Assembly (NCBI RefSeq): GCF_000007005.1 | Contig: NC_002754.1 | Strand: one strand, 5' to 3' | Length of the DNA stretch: 64,000 bases | Source of the DNA: Saccharolobus solfataricus P2 | Lineage (GTDB): Archaea; Thermoproteota; Thermoprotei_A; Sulfolobales; Sulfolobaceae | In this document: positions 1-10,747 of the stretch, piece after piece | Numbering within the stretch: the stretch's first letter is position 1 | Layout of the letters: each line of letters opens with the position of its first letter | Program-made: the position numbers and the translations under genes | The notes under the pieces: model-generated | What the model was told of the DNA's origin: nothing | Database searches by the model: none | The model's input: the letters and a program-made list of their open reading frames with translations, nothing else

Positions 1-4
1 TAAG

Positions 5-484
5 ATGAGGATTGACAAAAACGTGGATGAGTTCGCATTTGATATAAAGAGCATATGGAAGGATCCAAGTGGTAATTCTTTTGCGACTATTGAGTTTAGA
101 GGTAAGGTAAGAGGTAAATCATTTTCCCAAGAAGCTGTAATAAGCTTAGAAATGGAAAGGGAGCTGTGTGACTCATGTTTTAGGAAGAAGACACGATATT
201 ATGAGGCTATAGTTCAACTTAGGAGTAAAGGTAAGATTGGAGTCGATGATAAAAAGAGAGCGTTCTTCGAATCCTTTTTCTCTACAAGTATTGTAGATAA
301 TATTTCCGATGTTATTGAAGGTAGAGAGGGTGTTGATTATTATTTTATGAGTAAAAGTGTTGCAAGAAAGCTTGTATCGATGATATCTTCTATTGTGGAC
401 GTTGAAGTTAATGAGAGTTATCAGAATGAAAAGATGAAAAACGGTAAAAGGGAGGCAAAACTAGTTATTTCATTGAGGATATGA
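5..484 (+). CDS. NMD3-family protein, C-terminal part (frame is open to the window edge)
   Basis: CDSC...YYEAIVQLR and GVDYYF motifs typical of NMD3; no in-frame stop upstream of position 5. Confidence 0.8.
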   Translation: MRIDKNVDEFAFDIKSIWKDPSGNSFATIEFRGKVRGKSFSQEAVISLEMERELCDSCFRKKTRYYEAIVQLRSKGKIGVDDKKRAFFESFFSTSIVDNISDVIEGREGVDYYFMSKSVARKLVSMISSIVDVEVNESYQNEKMKNGKREAKLVISLRI

Positions 485-1119
485 GAGTAGGCATAGATGA
501 AGCAGGTCGTGGAGCGTTAATAGGTCCAATGATAGTTGCAGGTGTAGTTATAAGTGATACGAAACTAAAGTTCCTTAAAGGTATTGGAGTAAAGGATAGT
601 AAACAATTAACGAGAGAAAGAAGGGAGAAATTGTTCGATATCGTTGCGAATACCGTAGAGGCTTTCACAGTAGTTAAAGTCTTTCCTTACGAAATAGATA
701 ATTATAACTTGAACGATCTAACATATGACGCAGTATCTAAGATAATACTATCACTTTCATCTTTCAATCCTGAGATAGTAACAGTTGATAAAGTGGGAGA
801 TGAGAAGCCCGTTATAGAACTTATCAATAAGCTGGGTTATAAGTCAAATGTAGTTCACAAGGCGGATGTCCTATTTGTTGAAGCAAGTGCAGCAAGTATT
901 ATAGCTAAAGTAATAAGGGATAACTATATTGATGAGTTGAAACAAGTTTACGGTGATTTTGGGAGTGGATACCCTGCTGACCCTAGAACAATAAAGTGGC
1001 TTAAGTCCTTTTATGAGAAGAACCCAAATCCACCCCCTATTATCAGAAGATCATGGAAAATTTTACGTTCTACTGCTCCATTATATTATATAAGTAAAGA
1101 GGGTAGAAGGTTATGGTAA
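481..1119 (+). CDS. rnhB: Ribonuclease HII
   Basis: GIDEAGRG, GVKDSK, SAASIIAKV and GSGYPAD motifs. Confidence 0.97.
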   Translation: MRVGIDEAGRGALIGPMIVAGVVISDTKLKFLKGIGVKDSKQLTRERREKLFDIVANTVEAFTVVKVFPYEIDNYNLNDLTYDAVSKIILSLSSFNPEIVTVDKVGDEKPVIELINKLGYKSNVVHKADVLFVEASAASIIAKVIRDNYIDELKQVYGDFGSGYPADPRTIKWLKSFYEKNPNPPPIIRRSWKILRSTAPLYYISKEGRRLW

Positions 1120-2168
1120 CGAATTTACCTGCCGAAGCTAAGGCTAAGTGGCTAAAGGTAATGGACGCAAAGACTCCAGAGGAGAAGTTCCAAGCCCTAC
1201 AAGAATTTCTTAAGGAAGTTCCTAAGCACAAGGGGACTGAAAATTTAGTGTACTGGGCAAAAAGGCGAATGGCCGAGTTAAGAGAAGAAATGGAGGTAAG
1301 AAAGAGCAAGAAAAGTGGAGGTTTTTCGTTATTTGTTGAGAAAGAGGGTGCAGGCCAAGCGATTTTGATAGGAGATATGCTTCTTAGATCATTTATAATG
1401 AGAAAACTTACTAATGTAAAACAGGAATTTAATGAGTTACCAGTGCCTGGTATGGTTAAATATGAGGACGTACAGATTCAGTTAGTTAATCCACCTAAGA
1501 GCCTACCACTCTCTAAGACAATAGGTCTAATAAGAAATGCAGATGAGGTTATCATAGCTATAAATAATAAGGAGGATCTATCTCTTATAAAGAGTCTCCT
1601 AGAAGATAATAATATTCTATTAAGAAAACCTAAGGGAAGGGTTGTAATAGAGAGAACTAGATATGGAATTTCTGGTATTAGAGTAGTAAATTTAGGTAAA
1701 CTGATAGGTATTGATGAGAAAGTAGTTAGGGATTATATAGAGAGTTTCGGAATTAAATCAGCAATAGTAAAGATAATAGGCGAGGTCACCTTAGATGATA
1801 TAGAAAAATCAATGTTCGAAGCTGTTAGCTACAAGCCTACAGTAGTGATCTCTAAGGATAGGTTCGACACTGGCGAGTTACCAATGTTAACTATCGACCA
1901 GATAGATAAGTTGCCTAAGCATTTGTTCGATATGTTAGAAGTGATCAGAGTTTACACTAAAGAGCCTGGTGAAGAGCCAACTAAGGATCCTTTAATACTC
2001 AAAAAGGGGTCTACAGTTCTAGACGTGGCAAGGAAACTGCATTCGTCATTGGCTGAAAATTTTAGGTATGCTAGAGTCTGGGGAAAATCGGTAAAGTTTC
2101 AAGGACAGAAAGTGGGTCCGTCACATATTCTAGAAGATAGAGATATTGTTGAGATACATGTAAAATAG
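1113..2168 (+). CDS. DRG/OBG-like protein with C-terminal TGS domain and degenerate G motifs
   Basis: VPKHKGTE N-terminus; RVYTKEPG...ARVWGKSVKF.GQKVG..H.LED.DIVEI TGS domain; G1 reads GDMLLRSF. Confidence 0.85.
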   Translation: MVTNLPAEAKAKWLKVMDAKTPEEKFQALQEFLKEVPKHKGTENLVYWAKRRMAELREEMEVRKSKKSGGFSLFVEKEGAGQAILIGDMLLRSFIMRKLTNVKQEFNELPVPGMVKYEDVQIQLVNPPKSLPLSKTIGLIRNADEVIIAINNKEDLSLIKSLLEDNNILLRKPKGRVVIERTRYGISGIRVVNLGKLIGIDEKVVRDYIESFGIKSAIVKIIGEVTLDDIEKSMFEAVSYKPTVVISKDRFDTGELPMLTIDQIDKLPKHLFDMLEVIRVYTKEPGEEPTKDPLILKKGSTVLDVARKLHSSLAENFRYARVWGKSVKFQGQKVGPSHILEDRDIVEIHVK

Positions 2169-2217
2169 GATTTTCTATATAAATTTAAGTATAGGTTTAT
2201 GAGAAAGTAACACTAGA

Positions 2218-4068
2218 ATGAGTATATTTAATAGACGTAATAGCAGGCAATATGTTAACAAGCAAGGTCCATCAAAAATCGAATTACTATTTTACAATTC
2301 CAGTATAATCGATAGTTTAGCTAAAAGCATAGGCGTAAAAATGAAAAAAGCGGGCATAAATCAAGATCCACGTTTATTTGCATCTAGGCTATTTCTTACT
2401 CTTATACTTTCAATTGTAATTTCCGTAATGTTAGTAGTGTTTGCTGTAAGGTTCTTTGAGCTATATAGATTAACGTTGCTTACAAAATATTTGGCAGGGT
2501 TTTTAACTATGATGATATTTGGCATAATAATACCACCTATTGCTTATTTGATACAAATTCTCCAGTTATCACAATCAACTGAAAATAGAAGAATAGGTTT
2601 AGATAGTGAAGCTCCAGCATTCGCTGCAGTATTTAATGTTTTCTTAAGGTCTGGGTTAAGTGCAAGATATGTTTTCGATTACTTATCTAAATCTACAGCA
2701 ATGCAATACGCTAGCCAAATTGCCTCATATGTTAATAAGAGAGTTAAATACCTAGGAGAAAGTGTAGAAAGTGCAATAGTTGAATCACTAAACTACTCGC
2801 CTTCGAAGATATTCAATGAATTTTTAACGACTTATGTTACTGCAGTCAGAACAGGTGCACCAGTTCTAGAAACAATGGAAGCTAAGACTAAAGATATCCT
2901 CAAGAATATAGAAACTTTAGCGTCTACTGCTGCGGAGAACTTGTCCGGCATAGCTGAAGGTTTCGTAATTTGGCTATCATCAGGTTTCATCACATTCTTT
3001 CTCGTTTTACTATTACAAGCAATATTTCCATCTCTCTTCGGTTCAGTCCCATTCCCAGTAATGGCTATTTTCGCAATGATAATGATACCATTAATAAATC
3101 TATTGTTCATATGGGTTGTTGACCAAACTCAATTTAGATTCCCTGAGAGATCCTTAAAAGCATACAAAGTATTTTATGTTACATTTCCTATAGGGTTGAT
3201 TATCTCTTTTATCATACTGTATTTGATAAAGGAACCAATACCTCTTCTTTTATACCTCCTTTTCCTAAATGCTGGTGTACAGCAAATACCATTCTCTGTA
3301 TTAGCATTTACAATAGGTCTATTAATAGCTGCGATACCTCCAGCAGTAATTGCCATGAGAGAACTAAAGGAAGGAACGGGATATGATGTTTATGTTGTAT
3401 CTTTTCTTAGGGCGGTTGCTGAGGGATTAAGAGCTGGACTAAATCCAGCTACAGTAGTTAAAAACCTAAAGGATTCTCCAGAAATGGGGAAGTTTAGAGA
3501 CATACTAAATACTATATACGCTTATTCTCTATTAGGAGTGCCTATAAAGGATGCCTTTAAGATAGCTTCAGAGAGAATATTGGACTTTTCTAGCAAGGTT
3601 TCTTTAATTTCACTAGCAGATATGATAGAAATTGGTAGTTTAACTCCGGAAACAGTCGAATCATTAGCCGAGCAAGTTGACGCTCAAATAAGGATAAGGA
3701 GAAACTACAATGCGAAAATAAGAGTGTTATTATACGCTCCTTATATTGGTATTATTTTGGCATTGGTGGCATCTATTCTATTAGGTAACGCTATGTTTAC
3801 TCTAATATCTCATCAGTCCTATTCCTTTGCTTATGGACCATTATCTAGCGCTACTGTGGTCTTACCTAAGTCCCTTTACGTAATTTCCATTTCAGCGCTC
3901 TTTAATTCATTTTTAGCTGGATTATTAGTGGGAAAGATAGGATATGGTAAAACAGCAGCAGGATTTACTCATGCGGCAGTTTTAGTAGTTATTACCGCAG
4001 TGCTGGTAATCATTTCATTACATATATCACTAATACCTTCTATATCTCCTTCCTCGACATCTTTATAA
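2218..4068 (+). CDS. aapF: Type IV pilus platform membrane protein (TadC/ArlJ-like, AapF orthologue)
   Basis: Two T2SS-F-like repeats with multiple TM segments; directly upstream of a secretion ATPase. Confidence 0.8.
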   Translation: MSIFNRRNSRQYVNKQGPSKIELLFYNSSIIDSLAKSIGVKMKKAGINQDPRLFASRLFLTLILSIVISVMLVVFAVRFFELYRLTLLTKYLAGFLTMMIFGIIIPPIAYLIQILQLSQSTENRRIGLDSEAPAFAAVFNVFLRSGLSARYVFDYLSKSTAMQYASQIASYVNKRVKYLGESVESAIVESLNYSPSKIFNEFLTTYVTAVRTGAPVLETMEAKTKDILKNIETLASTAAENLSGIAEGFVIWLSSGFITFFLVLLLQAIFPSLFGSVPFPVMAIFAMIMIPLINLLFIWVVDQTQFRFPERSLKAYKVFYVTFPIGLIISFIILYLIKEPIPLLLYLLFLNAGVQQIPFSVLAFTIGLLIAAIPPAVIAMRELKEGTGYDVYVVSFLRAVAEGLRAGLNPATVVKNLKDSPEMGKFRDILNTIYAYSLLGVPIKDAFKIASERILDFSSKVSLISLADMIEIGSLTPETVESLAEQVDAQIRIRRNYNAKIRVLLYAPYIGIILALVASILLGNAMFTLISHQSYSFAYGPLSSATVVLPKSLYVISISALFNSFLAGLLVGKIGYGKTAAGFTHAAVLVVITAVLVIISLHISLIPSISPSSTSL

Positions 4069-4881
4069 CCTAGATGGGGGAGTGGTATATAATGAGTAAA
4101 ATTTTCAAGTTCCCCTTACAGATCGGTAGAGGTAGCGTTAAGCAATTACCTATCACAGATCTTCCTATAACGCTTTACCCAGTTACACCTTTGCCCGAAG
4201 AGGTTACAACGATTGTCGCGGATTATGAGGTTAATATCCTAAATTTAGTCCCGGAGGATATTAAGTCAAACCTAACTCGAAATAATATTGAACTGATATT
4301 ACCAAATCCTCATGTCTTCATTACTTTTGATGAGAGAAAAGGTATCTACAAATATGTTTTATTAGAACCACCGGTTAATGAAATGATCTATAATATCTAC
4401 AATATATTTATAGAGGAAGTGGAGAGAGAACTGCTTTCTAAGAATCCCTCTTTAGATCTTGCAAAAATTATATTCGAACTGGATAAGAAAAGGTCAGGTC
4501 TTAAAATTATCCAAGAGAAGAGAGGAGATATCTACGTTTTGAGTACAAATGCTAGAGTTACTTTGTACTATTTATTAAGAAACATGTTCGGATACAACGT
4601 ATTAACCCCACTTGTAGCTGATAAAAATATAGAAGATATTTCGGTTCCTGGTCTAAATAATCCAGTCTATGTATATCATAGAAGTTATGAATATATTCCA
4701 ACTAATATTATATTTACTAAGAACATGCAAGTATCTCCACAACTTAATATAATGATAGATGGTGAGGAACTGCTAGATCAATTGGTTCTAAGAATGCTTT
4801 CTACTACAGGTAAGTCAATTTCTGTTGCTGAACCAATACAAGACGGTATGTTACCAAATGGTGATAGGGTTGCCGCAACAT

Positions 4882-4885
4882 TTAG
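4882..4885 (+). repeat. Target-site duplication TTAG (second copy at 6111-6114)
   Basis: Identical 4-mer immediately outside both IRs. Confidence 0.9.
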
Positions 4886-4902
4886 CGGTAGACCCAAAAT
4901 CA
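4886..4902. repeat. IS terminal inverted repeat CGGTAGACCCAAAATCA
   Basis: Exact reverse complement of 6094-6110. Confidence 0.95.
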
Positions 4903-5958
4903 CCTCCATAAAAATAAATCTATAGTATTAATAAGTGTTTCCTCAAGATTAAATATAAAATCCTTTAGATCAGATAAATCGTCTAGAAAGCAGAGGATGA
5001 GCAGCAATCTAAACTCCTCTCTTGTCATGACGTTCTTAAACACGGTGTAAAGCGAGTAGAAGATCATGGCCAGCACGAAGATCAACTCGCGGAAGATGAA
5101 CTTGGTGGAGCTCGTGAAGGGAAGGAAGGCCTTGATGTTCCTGTAAGACGTCTCAATGGGACTCCTAACCTTGTTGTACAACTTCAGCACTTCCCTCTTG
5201 GGTAGGTCGAGGTTGGTCGCCCTCGCGAAGTACACCACGGTCTTCTTCCTCTTCTTAACGATTTCCTTACCATACACCAGGAGTCTGAACTTGACCTGCT
5301 CTTCCTTCTTATGCCTCTTACTGTTTGTCGTGTACTCTCCGTCGAACTCCTCGTAGATCTTCACGTCCCCCACAGGGACTCCTATCACGAACTTGAACTG
5401 CGATATGAACTTGAGGACTTCCACGGTGTAGAATCCCGCGTCCAAGGTTACGAGCCCCACCTTGAAGCCCATTCCCACAATTTGCTCCATGAGAAGCTTC
5501 ACGATCTCATCCTTGCTCATCCCGTTAACTTGGGGAACGAAAGCTAGGAGGAGCACCATATTCTGATACTTCGTGGTCGCGGTAGCGTAGTTCCACGAGT
5601 TCCCCTTGGCTGAACTACCCAGTCCCTCCACCGGCTTACCATACCACGTCTTGGTTGTCCAGTCTATGGAGATGTCGACTTCCTTCACTCCCTTGAGTAT
5701 CTCCATGGAAATCCTCCTCATGGACTCTAATAGCTTCTCGATCACCTCAGTTCCCTGCTCCTCCACGTAGTTCCTCACGGTCTGTGGTGACACGTTATAC
5801 CCTTTGGACTTGCTTTCCACGGAGTCGTTCCACAAGCACGCGGAGACCAGAACTCTCGATACCTCCTCAGCCTTTCTTCCCTTGAAGCTCAACATGGAAA
5901 GTAATTTATACCCTACTTGTTGTAGATTATTTTGGTGAGGAAGACCAGGTGTTATCAC
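4900..5958 (-). CDS. ISH3-family DDE transposase (likely GTG start at 5958; ORF open to 6030)
   Basis: ISIDWT, TLDAGF and Y..R..IETSYR motifs; TGA stop lies inside the terminal IR. Confidence 0.9.
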   Translation of the reverse strand: MITPGLPHQNNLQQVGYKLLSMLSFKGRKAEEVSRVLVSACLWNDSVESKSKGYNVSPQTVRNYVEEQGTEVIEKLLESMRRISMEILKGVKEVDISIDWTTKTWYGKPVEGLGSSAKGNSWNYATATTKYQNMVLLLAFVPQVNGMSKDEIVKLLMEQIVGMGFKVGLVTLDAGFYTVEVLKFISQFKFVIGVPVGDVKIYEEFDGEYTTNSKRHKKEEQVKFRLLVYGKEIVKKRKKTVVYFARATNLDLPKREVLKLYNKVRSPIETSYRNIKAFLPFTSSTKFIFRELIFVLAMIFYSLYTVFKNVMTREEFRLLLILCFLDDLSDLKDFIFNLEETLINTIDLFLWR

Positions 5959-6093
5959 CTTGTCTTCACCACGTGATAATACCGGCTTCCTCACCTTAAA
6001 TCTTTCTTCAATTAATTGCGTTCTTGTCAAAGCTATAAATTCTATTATTTTTCAGAATCTGATATTACCCAACCAAAATTATTTTTTGTAAAA

Positions 6094-6110
6094 TGATTTT
6101 GGGTCTACCG
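6094..6110. repeat. IS terminal inverted repeat TGATTTTGGGTCTACCG
   Basis: Exact reverse complement of 4886-4902. Confidence 0.95.
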
Positions 6111-7034
6111 TTAGGCGCGAGGTATCAGCCAGTGGTTCTTCAGTAGTAATAAGAAGATTTAGCGAAAGGCCTATCACAATACTAGATTTAATTAATTCTG
6201 GTACCCTATCTCCAGAACTAGCAGCATATCTATGGTATGGAATGGATCTGAGAATGAGTGTCATGTCAATAGGAGTTACCGGGGCCGGAAAGACCACTTT
6301 ACTTAATGCAGTTCTAAATCTAGTAAAAGAAAGCATGAAGATCGTCTCCATAGAAGATATTCCAGAAATTAGATTAGCCCATACTAATTGGGTTCAGCTA
6401 TACGCTAGGCCAGCATATGCAGGAGTAGGTAAAGAGATTTCATTAATGGATCTGCTAAAATTATCCCTCAGATACAGGCCAGATATAATAGTTGTAGGTG
6501 AGATAAGAGGGCAAGAGGCTTACGTATTATTCCAAGCGATATCAACTGGACATGGAGGTGCTACGACATTCCACGCGTATAATACCGACTCTGCAATAAA
6601 GAGGCTCATGAATGAGCCCCTAAATATTCCACAAGAATGGATACCTATGATGAACATAATAATGACAATTAGGAGGTTACCAGTATATATAGGAGAAAAG
6701 ATAGTCCTAAGAAGACGTGTTGTAGCAGTTGATGAAATAGTTAGTTGGAACGACTATAGAAGGGTCTCGAGCTGGGATCCAAAAAGTGATGCGTTTACAA
6801 TTAATCTAGATGCTGCCAGAGTGTTAAAAAATAGAATAGAGGAAGCTGGTCTTAATCTAGATGACGTGAAAAGAGAAATGGAGAGAAGAGCATTATTCCT
6901 AAAGTTGTTAGCGTCTTCCAGAGAGATAATACAAAATGAGGAGAGTTATAAGCTTGTGAAGAGCTATATAATAAAATACAGCTTAAAACCCGAAGAAGCT
7001 CTAAAAGAGGCTCAAGCAATGGCTAGGACAAAAA

Positions 7035-8315
7035 CTATAGAGTTAAAAGAATAAGTGAAAACAAAATTATTAATAAAGATGAAATTGTGTTATTGAAAAG
7101 ACTATTAATATATGCCATTATCGCAAGAATAATCCCTAATATTTTTATACTCAAGATTTCTTCTTCTTTCCCAACTAGGCTTTTGGGTGTAACTTTCCAT
7201 TTAAACCTGACTTTGAATATTCCTTGAATGTAGCCGATAAGAGAAGCAATTAGGGTTACAATGCCACTTTTATAATCTCCCTTAGGTTTTATCAGAGCTA
7301 TGTAAATTCCATTCGAGACTAGTATTGGGATTAGTGAGGTAAAGACATAAAAGTAGTTTATATTTAATATAAACTGTATTGAGATAATAATAAGAAATAG
7401 TAGTAGGTATAGGGGGTAAATTCCCCACTGTTGTGAGTATATAAATCCCTCAATTCCCCTTATTCCTAATTTAAACAATCTCATGCTGTAAGAGATCAAT
7501 TCTCCAGAACCATAAGCCCATCTTTTAATTTGGTTATATAAATCAGTATGGGTATAGGGAGCTAAGGTATAAACTGTGATGTCATCAACGTATTTTACTT
7601 TAATATTACTCAGAGCAAGTCTAATACCTAGCTCTAAGTCTTCTGCTACGCTATTTTCTTTCCATCCACCTATCTTCCTTAAAATATCTCTCTTTATTCC
7701 GAATGCTGAACCATTTGCAAATATTATTAGACCTAACTTGTCTCTAGCCTTGAATAATGCGTTCATTACAAATTCATTGGTATATGAGTATATCTTTTGA
7801 ACTTGTGTATTAACATCTCTAACTTTTAATCTAAACGCAACCGCATCGTAGTCAAGTTGAGAAATTTTACGTAAAAAGTCCTTTTCGACCCTGGCTTCTG
7901 CATCCAGATACACTAACATTTCAGCATCAGAAATATTAGTGGCGAAGTTTAGTGCTCCAGCTTTTCTTCCCTTGTTTTCTGGTCTCCTTATAATTACGAA
8001 ATTGTCCGGAAGTTTATCTAGTGATTCTATAATTTTTTTAAAAGTCTCCTCTGTATCATCAGATACTATAATAACTTTGTAAAATCTATAGTCCAATCCC
8101 GATAGGTTATTAATTAGTTCTTTAATCGTCTTTTCATCTTCGTCTTTTATTGCAACGATTATGTCTATTCTTTTGTTAGAATTTTTATCATTTTTAGTAG
8201 AAAATTGTATAATGTTTTGATTAGAAACTTTATAGTAGAATGCTTGAAGGAGTATCCATAAAGATGTAAAAAATGATGATATAAAAAGCAAAATTTCAAA
8301 AATTTCCCTTATCAT
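7035..8315 (-). CDS. Membrane GT2-family glycosyltransferase (cellulose/chitin synthase-like)
   Basis: DD, KAGALN, DAE (DxD), AED and QIKRW (QxxRW) motifs; N- and C-terminal TM segments. Confidence 0.9.
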   Translation of the reverse strand: MIREIFEILLFISSFFTSLWILLQAFYYKVSNQNIIQFSTKNDKNSNKRIDIIVAIKDEDEKTIKELINNLSGLDYRFYKVIIVSDDTEETFKKIIESLDKLPDNFVIIRRPENKGRKAGALNFATNISDAEMLVYLDAEARVEKDFLRKISQLDYDAVAFRLKVRDVNTQVQKIYSYTNEFVMNALFKARDKLGLIIFANGSAFGIKRDILRKIGGWKENSVAEDLELGIRLALSNIKVKYVDDITVYTLAPYTHTDLYNQIKRWAYGSGELISYSMRLFKLGIRGIEGFIYSQQWGIYPLYLLLFLIIISIQFILNINYFYVFTSLIPILVSNGIYIALIKPKGDYKSGIVTLIASLIGYIQGIFKVRFKWKVTPKSLVGKEEEILSIKILGIILAIMAYINSLFNNTISSLLIILFSLILLTL

Positions 8316-8830
8316 CCTTGTTTCTTTCTCTCAATCGCTTTTTTAATTCTTTCCTTAGCCTCAGCTACGCTTCCCCATCCGCTAATCTTTACCCATTTAT
8401 TTGGCTCTAGTTCTTTATAGTGCTCAAAGAAATGTACGATCTTATTTCTAATAGCCTCCGGAAGATCTTTAACATCGTTAATATTAGAAAATGACGGATC
8501 CGTCTTATTTCTTGGCACTGCTATTACCTTGGCGTCTTCACCTTCCTCATCCCTCATGTAAATCATTCCTATAGGTCTTGCTTCTATCACTGTACCTGGC
8601 ATTAGTGAGTAATTTCCTAGGACTAATACGTCTAATGGATCCCCATCTTCTTCTAAAGTCTCTGGAATAAAACCATAATTAAATGGATATACCATTGATG
8701 TATATAAAACCCTATCTACTTTAATAATGTCCTCTTCTTCATCGTATTCGTATTTAATATTTGAACCCATAGGTATTTCTATGAATACATTTATTTCATC
8801 TGGGGCCTTTTTCCCAGGGCCTAATTTCAT
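8312..8830 (-). CDS. ppa: Inorganic pyrophosphatase (family I)
   Basis: [23 protein letters not shown] motif. Confidence 0.97.
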   Translation of the reverse strand: MKLGPGKKAPDEINVFIEIPMGSNIKYEYDEEEDIIKVDRVLYTSMVYPFNYGFIPETLEEDGDPLDVLVLGNYSLMPGTVIEARPIGMIYMRDEEGEDAKVIAVPRNKTDPSFSNINDVKDLPEAIRNKIVHFFEHYKELEPNKWVKISGWGSVAEAKERIKKAIERKKQG

Positions 8831-8846
8831 ATCTTTTCACCGCCTA

Positions 8847-9395
8847 TTATTTTGGATTCAGCTTATTTAAACTATTCATTATTCTAGTGACCAGTTCTCT
8901 TATCTGATTTAATGGCTCTATCGAAAGTAACTTATCTATTTCCTCGGCGTAGCTTGAGATTATCTCATCGACATTAAATCCAATTCTCTTGTATCTTAAT
9001 CCTTGCAAGTATGTTGATAATCTATCCGATAACTTAGCTACTTTAGCTTCATTAGTATTTAGGTCCTTAAGTTCGAGGAAGAGTTCCTTTCCAATTCCTA
9101 ATTCATCAAATGCCTCTACTTCTGCATCCCTTTTATTGATTCTACTGGTAGCCCACTTTGGTAAGTCTCCTAGTAAAGTCTCTCCTGCATCATGAAATAG
9201 GGCAATAAGTGCACTATGTTCAGGGTTTATCTCTATTCCTTTTCTTTTAAGCTCCGTCGCGAGTACGTAAGCCAAGATTGACGCTTCAAAACTATGAGAA
9301 GCTACTGTTTCTCCCATCGCTGAGGGAATTCCGTTTTGCATCCAACCGGTTCTAACTAAGTTTTTGGCGCCCTCTAACAATCTCTCTAGTTTCAT
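8847..9395 (-). CDS. HD-domain hydrolase (YfbR-like 5'-deoxynucleotidase)
   Basis: RTGW, ETVASHS, HDAGE..LGD and D-containing SDRL motifs. Confidence 0.85.
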   Translation of the reverse strand: MKLERLLEGAKNLVRTGWMQNGIPSAMGETVASHSFEASILAYVLATELKRKGIEINPEHSALIALFHDAGETLLGDLPKWATSRINKRDAEVEAFDELGIGKELFLELKDLNTNEAKVAKLSDRLSTYLQGLRYKRIGFNVDEIISSYAEEIDKLLSIEPLNQIRELVTRIMNSLNKLNPK

Positions 9396-9412
9396 TTCAA
9401 ATTAAAATGAAG

Positions 9413-10747
9413 TTACAGCATTTTTAATAAATTATCTAAAGCTTCTATCATCTCTTCCATGTTTTTTGTCCAAAACCTAATCATTGCCTCCTTTCCCTTA
9501 GTTCCCTTATCATAAATTACATTCGGTATGCCACCATATTCGCTACTTACATACTCAATAATCCATTGCATTGTCTTTCCTTCTCCATGGGCAGGTTCTA
9601 GTTCCCTATTAATCTCAATTGTTTCATACCCAATTCTCTTAAAACTCTCAACTATCTTATCGTCATATCTAATATTCATTAAGCAAGTACTATCCTTTCC
9701 CTTGAGAATGAGCGACAACAGCATTCGAGCTGTATGGGTAGGGTTTCCAAACACCACTGGATGTCCAACAATTACCTTTTTATCCCATCTCCTTATTATT
9801 CTACCCCTAAATGTAGCAATATCATTTAGATCCCTAACGTATTCTGGTTTTATACTATGTGCTAGATTTGATTGTACTTCAGGGATTAAAATCCAGAATC
9901 TATCGTTATTTTCGGCAAAATCCGCAAATCTCCTCATTTCCTCAACTGCTTCATATTTCATAGACTTCTTCATAATTTCAACACTTACGTTAACTGGTCC
10001 TATACCTTTTCCTATGTTAAGTCCATATTCTATTGAGGTTTGAACGAAATCTCTAGCCTTCCTAAAGGCCAATTTTAAATCCCTTATCTTTATGTATTCT
10101 GCAGTAAGTGCAGTTGCAAATACGCTTCCAGTACCATGCGTATCCTTTGCCTGCAACCTTTTATATCCTATCTTGTATAGTCCTTCATCATTACACATAT
10201 AATCGAAACTATAATCTCCTTTACTATGGCCTCCCTTGATTATCACGTAGGGAATATTATAACTATCCCTTAATTTCTTACATACAATTACTACATCGCT
10301 CTCCTTTTCTATTTTGACACCGCTAATTGCAGATGCTTCTATTATATTTGGCGTTATTACTTTAACTTTTGGCAAAATTATCTTCTTATATTCTTCAATG
10401 TCTCTAATCAGCGGAGTTCCATCTTTCGCATAAAGTACCGGATCTGCTACTAAAAAGTAATCATTTAATAATTCATTTACAACCTGAAACTGTTCTTTAG
10501 TATATATCATTCCTATCTTTACAGCTTCCACTTTGAAATCCTCGAGTAAAGTTTCTATCTGCTTTTTAAGAAACTCAGGATTAACAACAGTGATATCTTT
10601 TATGCCTTTTGTACTTTGAGCTGTTATCGCAGTGATAGCAAAAACTCCGTGGATTCCTAATACTTCAAAAACTCTTAAGTCAGTCTCTCCACCAGCCCCA
10701 TTTCCAGTATCCAATCCAGCTATGCTCATACCAACAGGTTTAATCAT
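9413..10747 (-). CDS. thiDN: Bifunctional HMP/HMP-P kinase and thiamine-phosphate synthase ThiDN
   Basis: ITPN..EA, IKGGH and HGTGS (ThiD) plus ThiN domain PEVQSN, MNIRY, D.G..GKE; ATG at 10747 overlaps the upstream TGA. Confidence 0.92.
   Translation of the reverse strand: MIKPVGMSIAGLDTGNGAGGETDLRVFEVLGIHGVFAITAITAQSTKGIKDITVVNPEFLKKQIETLLEDFKVEAVKIGMIYTKEQFQVVNELLNDYFLVADPVLYAKDGTPLIRDIEEYKKIILPKVKVITPNIIEASAISGVKIEKESDVVIVCKKLRDSYNIPYVIIKGGHSKGDYSFDYMCNDEGLYKIGYKRLQAKDTHGTGSVFATALTAEYIKIRDLKLAFRKARDFVQTSIEYGLNIGKGIGPVNVSVEIMKKSMKYEAVEEMRRFADFAENNDRFWILIPEVQSNLAHSIKPEYVRDLNDIATFRGRIIRRWDKKVIVGHPVVFGNPTHTARMLLSLILKGKDSTCLMNIRYDDKIVESFKRIGYETIEINRELEPAHGEGKTMQWIIEYVSSEYGGIPNVIYDKGTKGKEAMIRFWTKNMEEMIEALDNLLKML

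Larger units (their letters stand above)
4886..6110 (-). mobile_element. ISC1225-like insertion sequence (ISH3 family), 1225 bp
   Basis: Perfect 17-bp terminal IRs, TTAG duplicated on both flanks, length exactly 1225 bp, transposase ORF, higher GC than flanks. Confidence 0.93.
4074..7054 (+). pseudogene. aapE: Type IV pilus assembly ATPase (VirB11/ArlI-like, AapE orthologue) interrupted by an IS
   Basis: Removing 4886-6114 restores ...AATF-RREVSASGSS... and a 583-aa ORF (812+940 nt); Walker A GVTGAGKTT, Walker B IIVVGE and TGHGG..TFH lie in the 3' half. Confidence 0.93.

Noticed and set aside
5156-5547. Two + strand ORFs inside the IS
   Set aside because: Antisense to the transposase; explained by GC-rich codon bias
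5959-6030. N-terminal extension of the transposase ORF
   Set aside because: GTG at 5958 is the more plausible start; the extension has no transposase features
6079-6351. 90-aa minus-strand ORF across the IS end
   Set aside because: Antisense to the restored aapE frame and spans the IS junction
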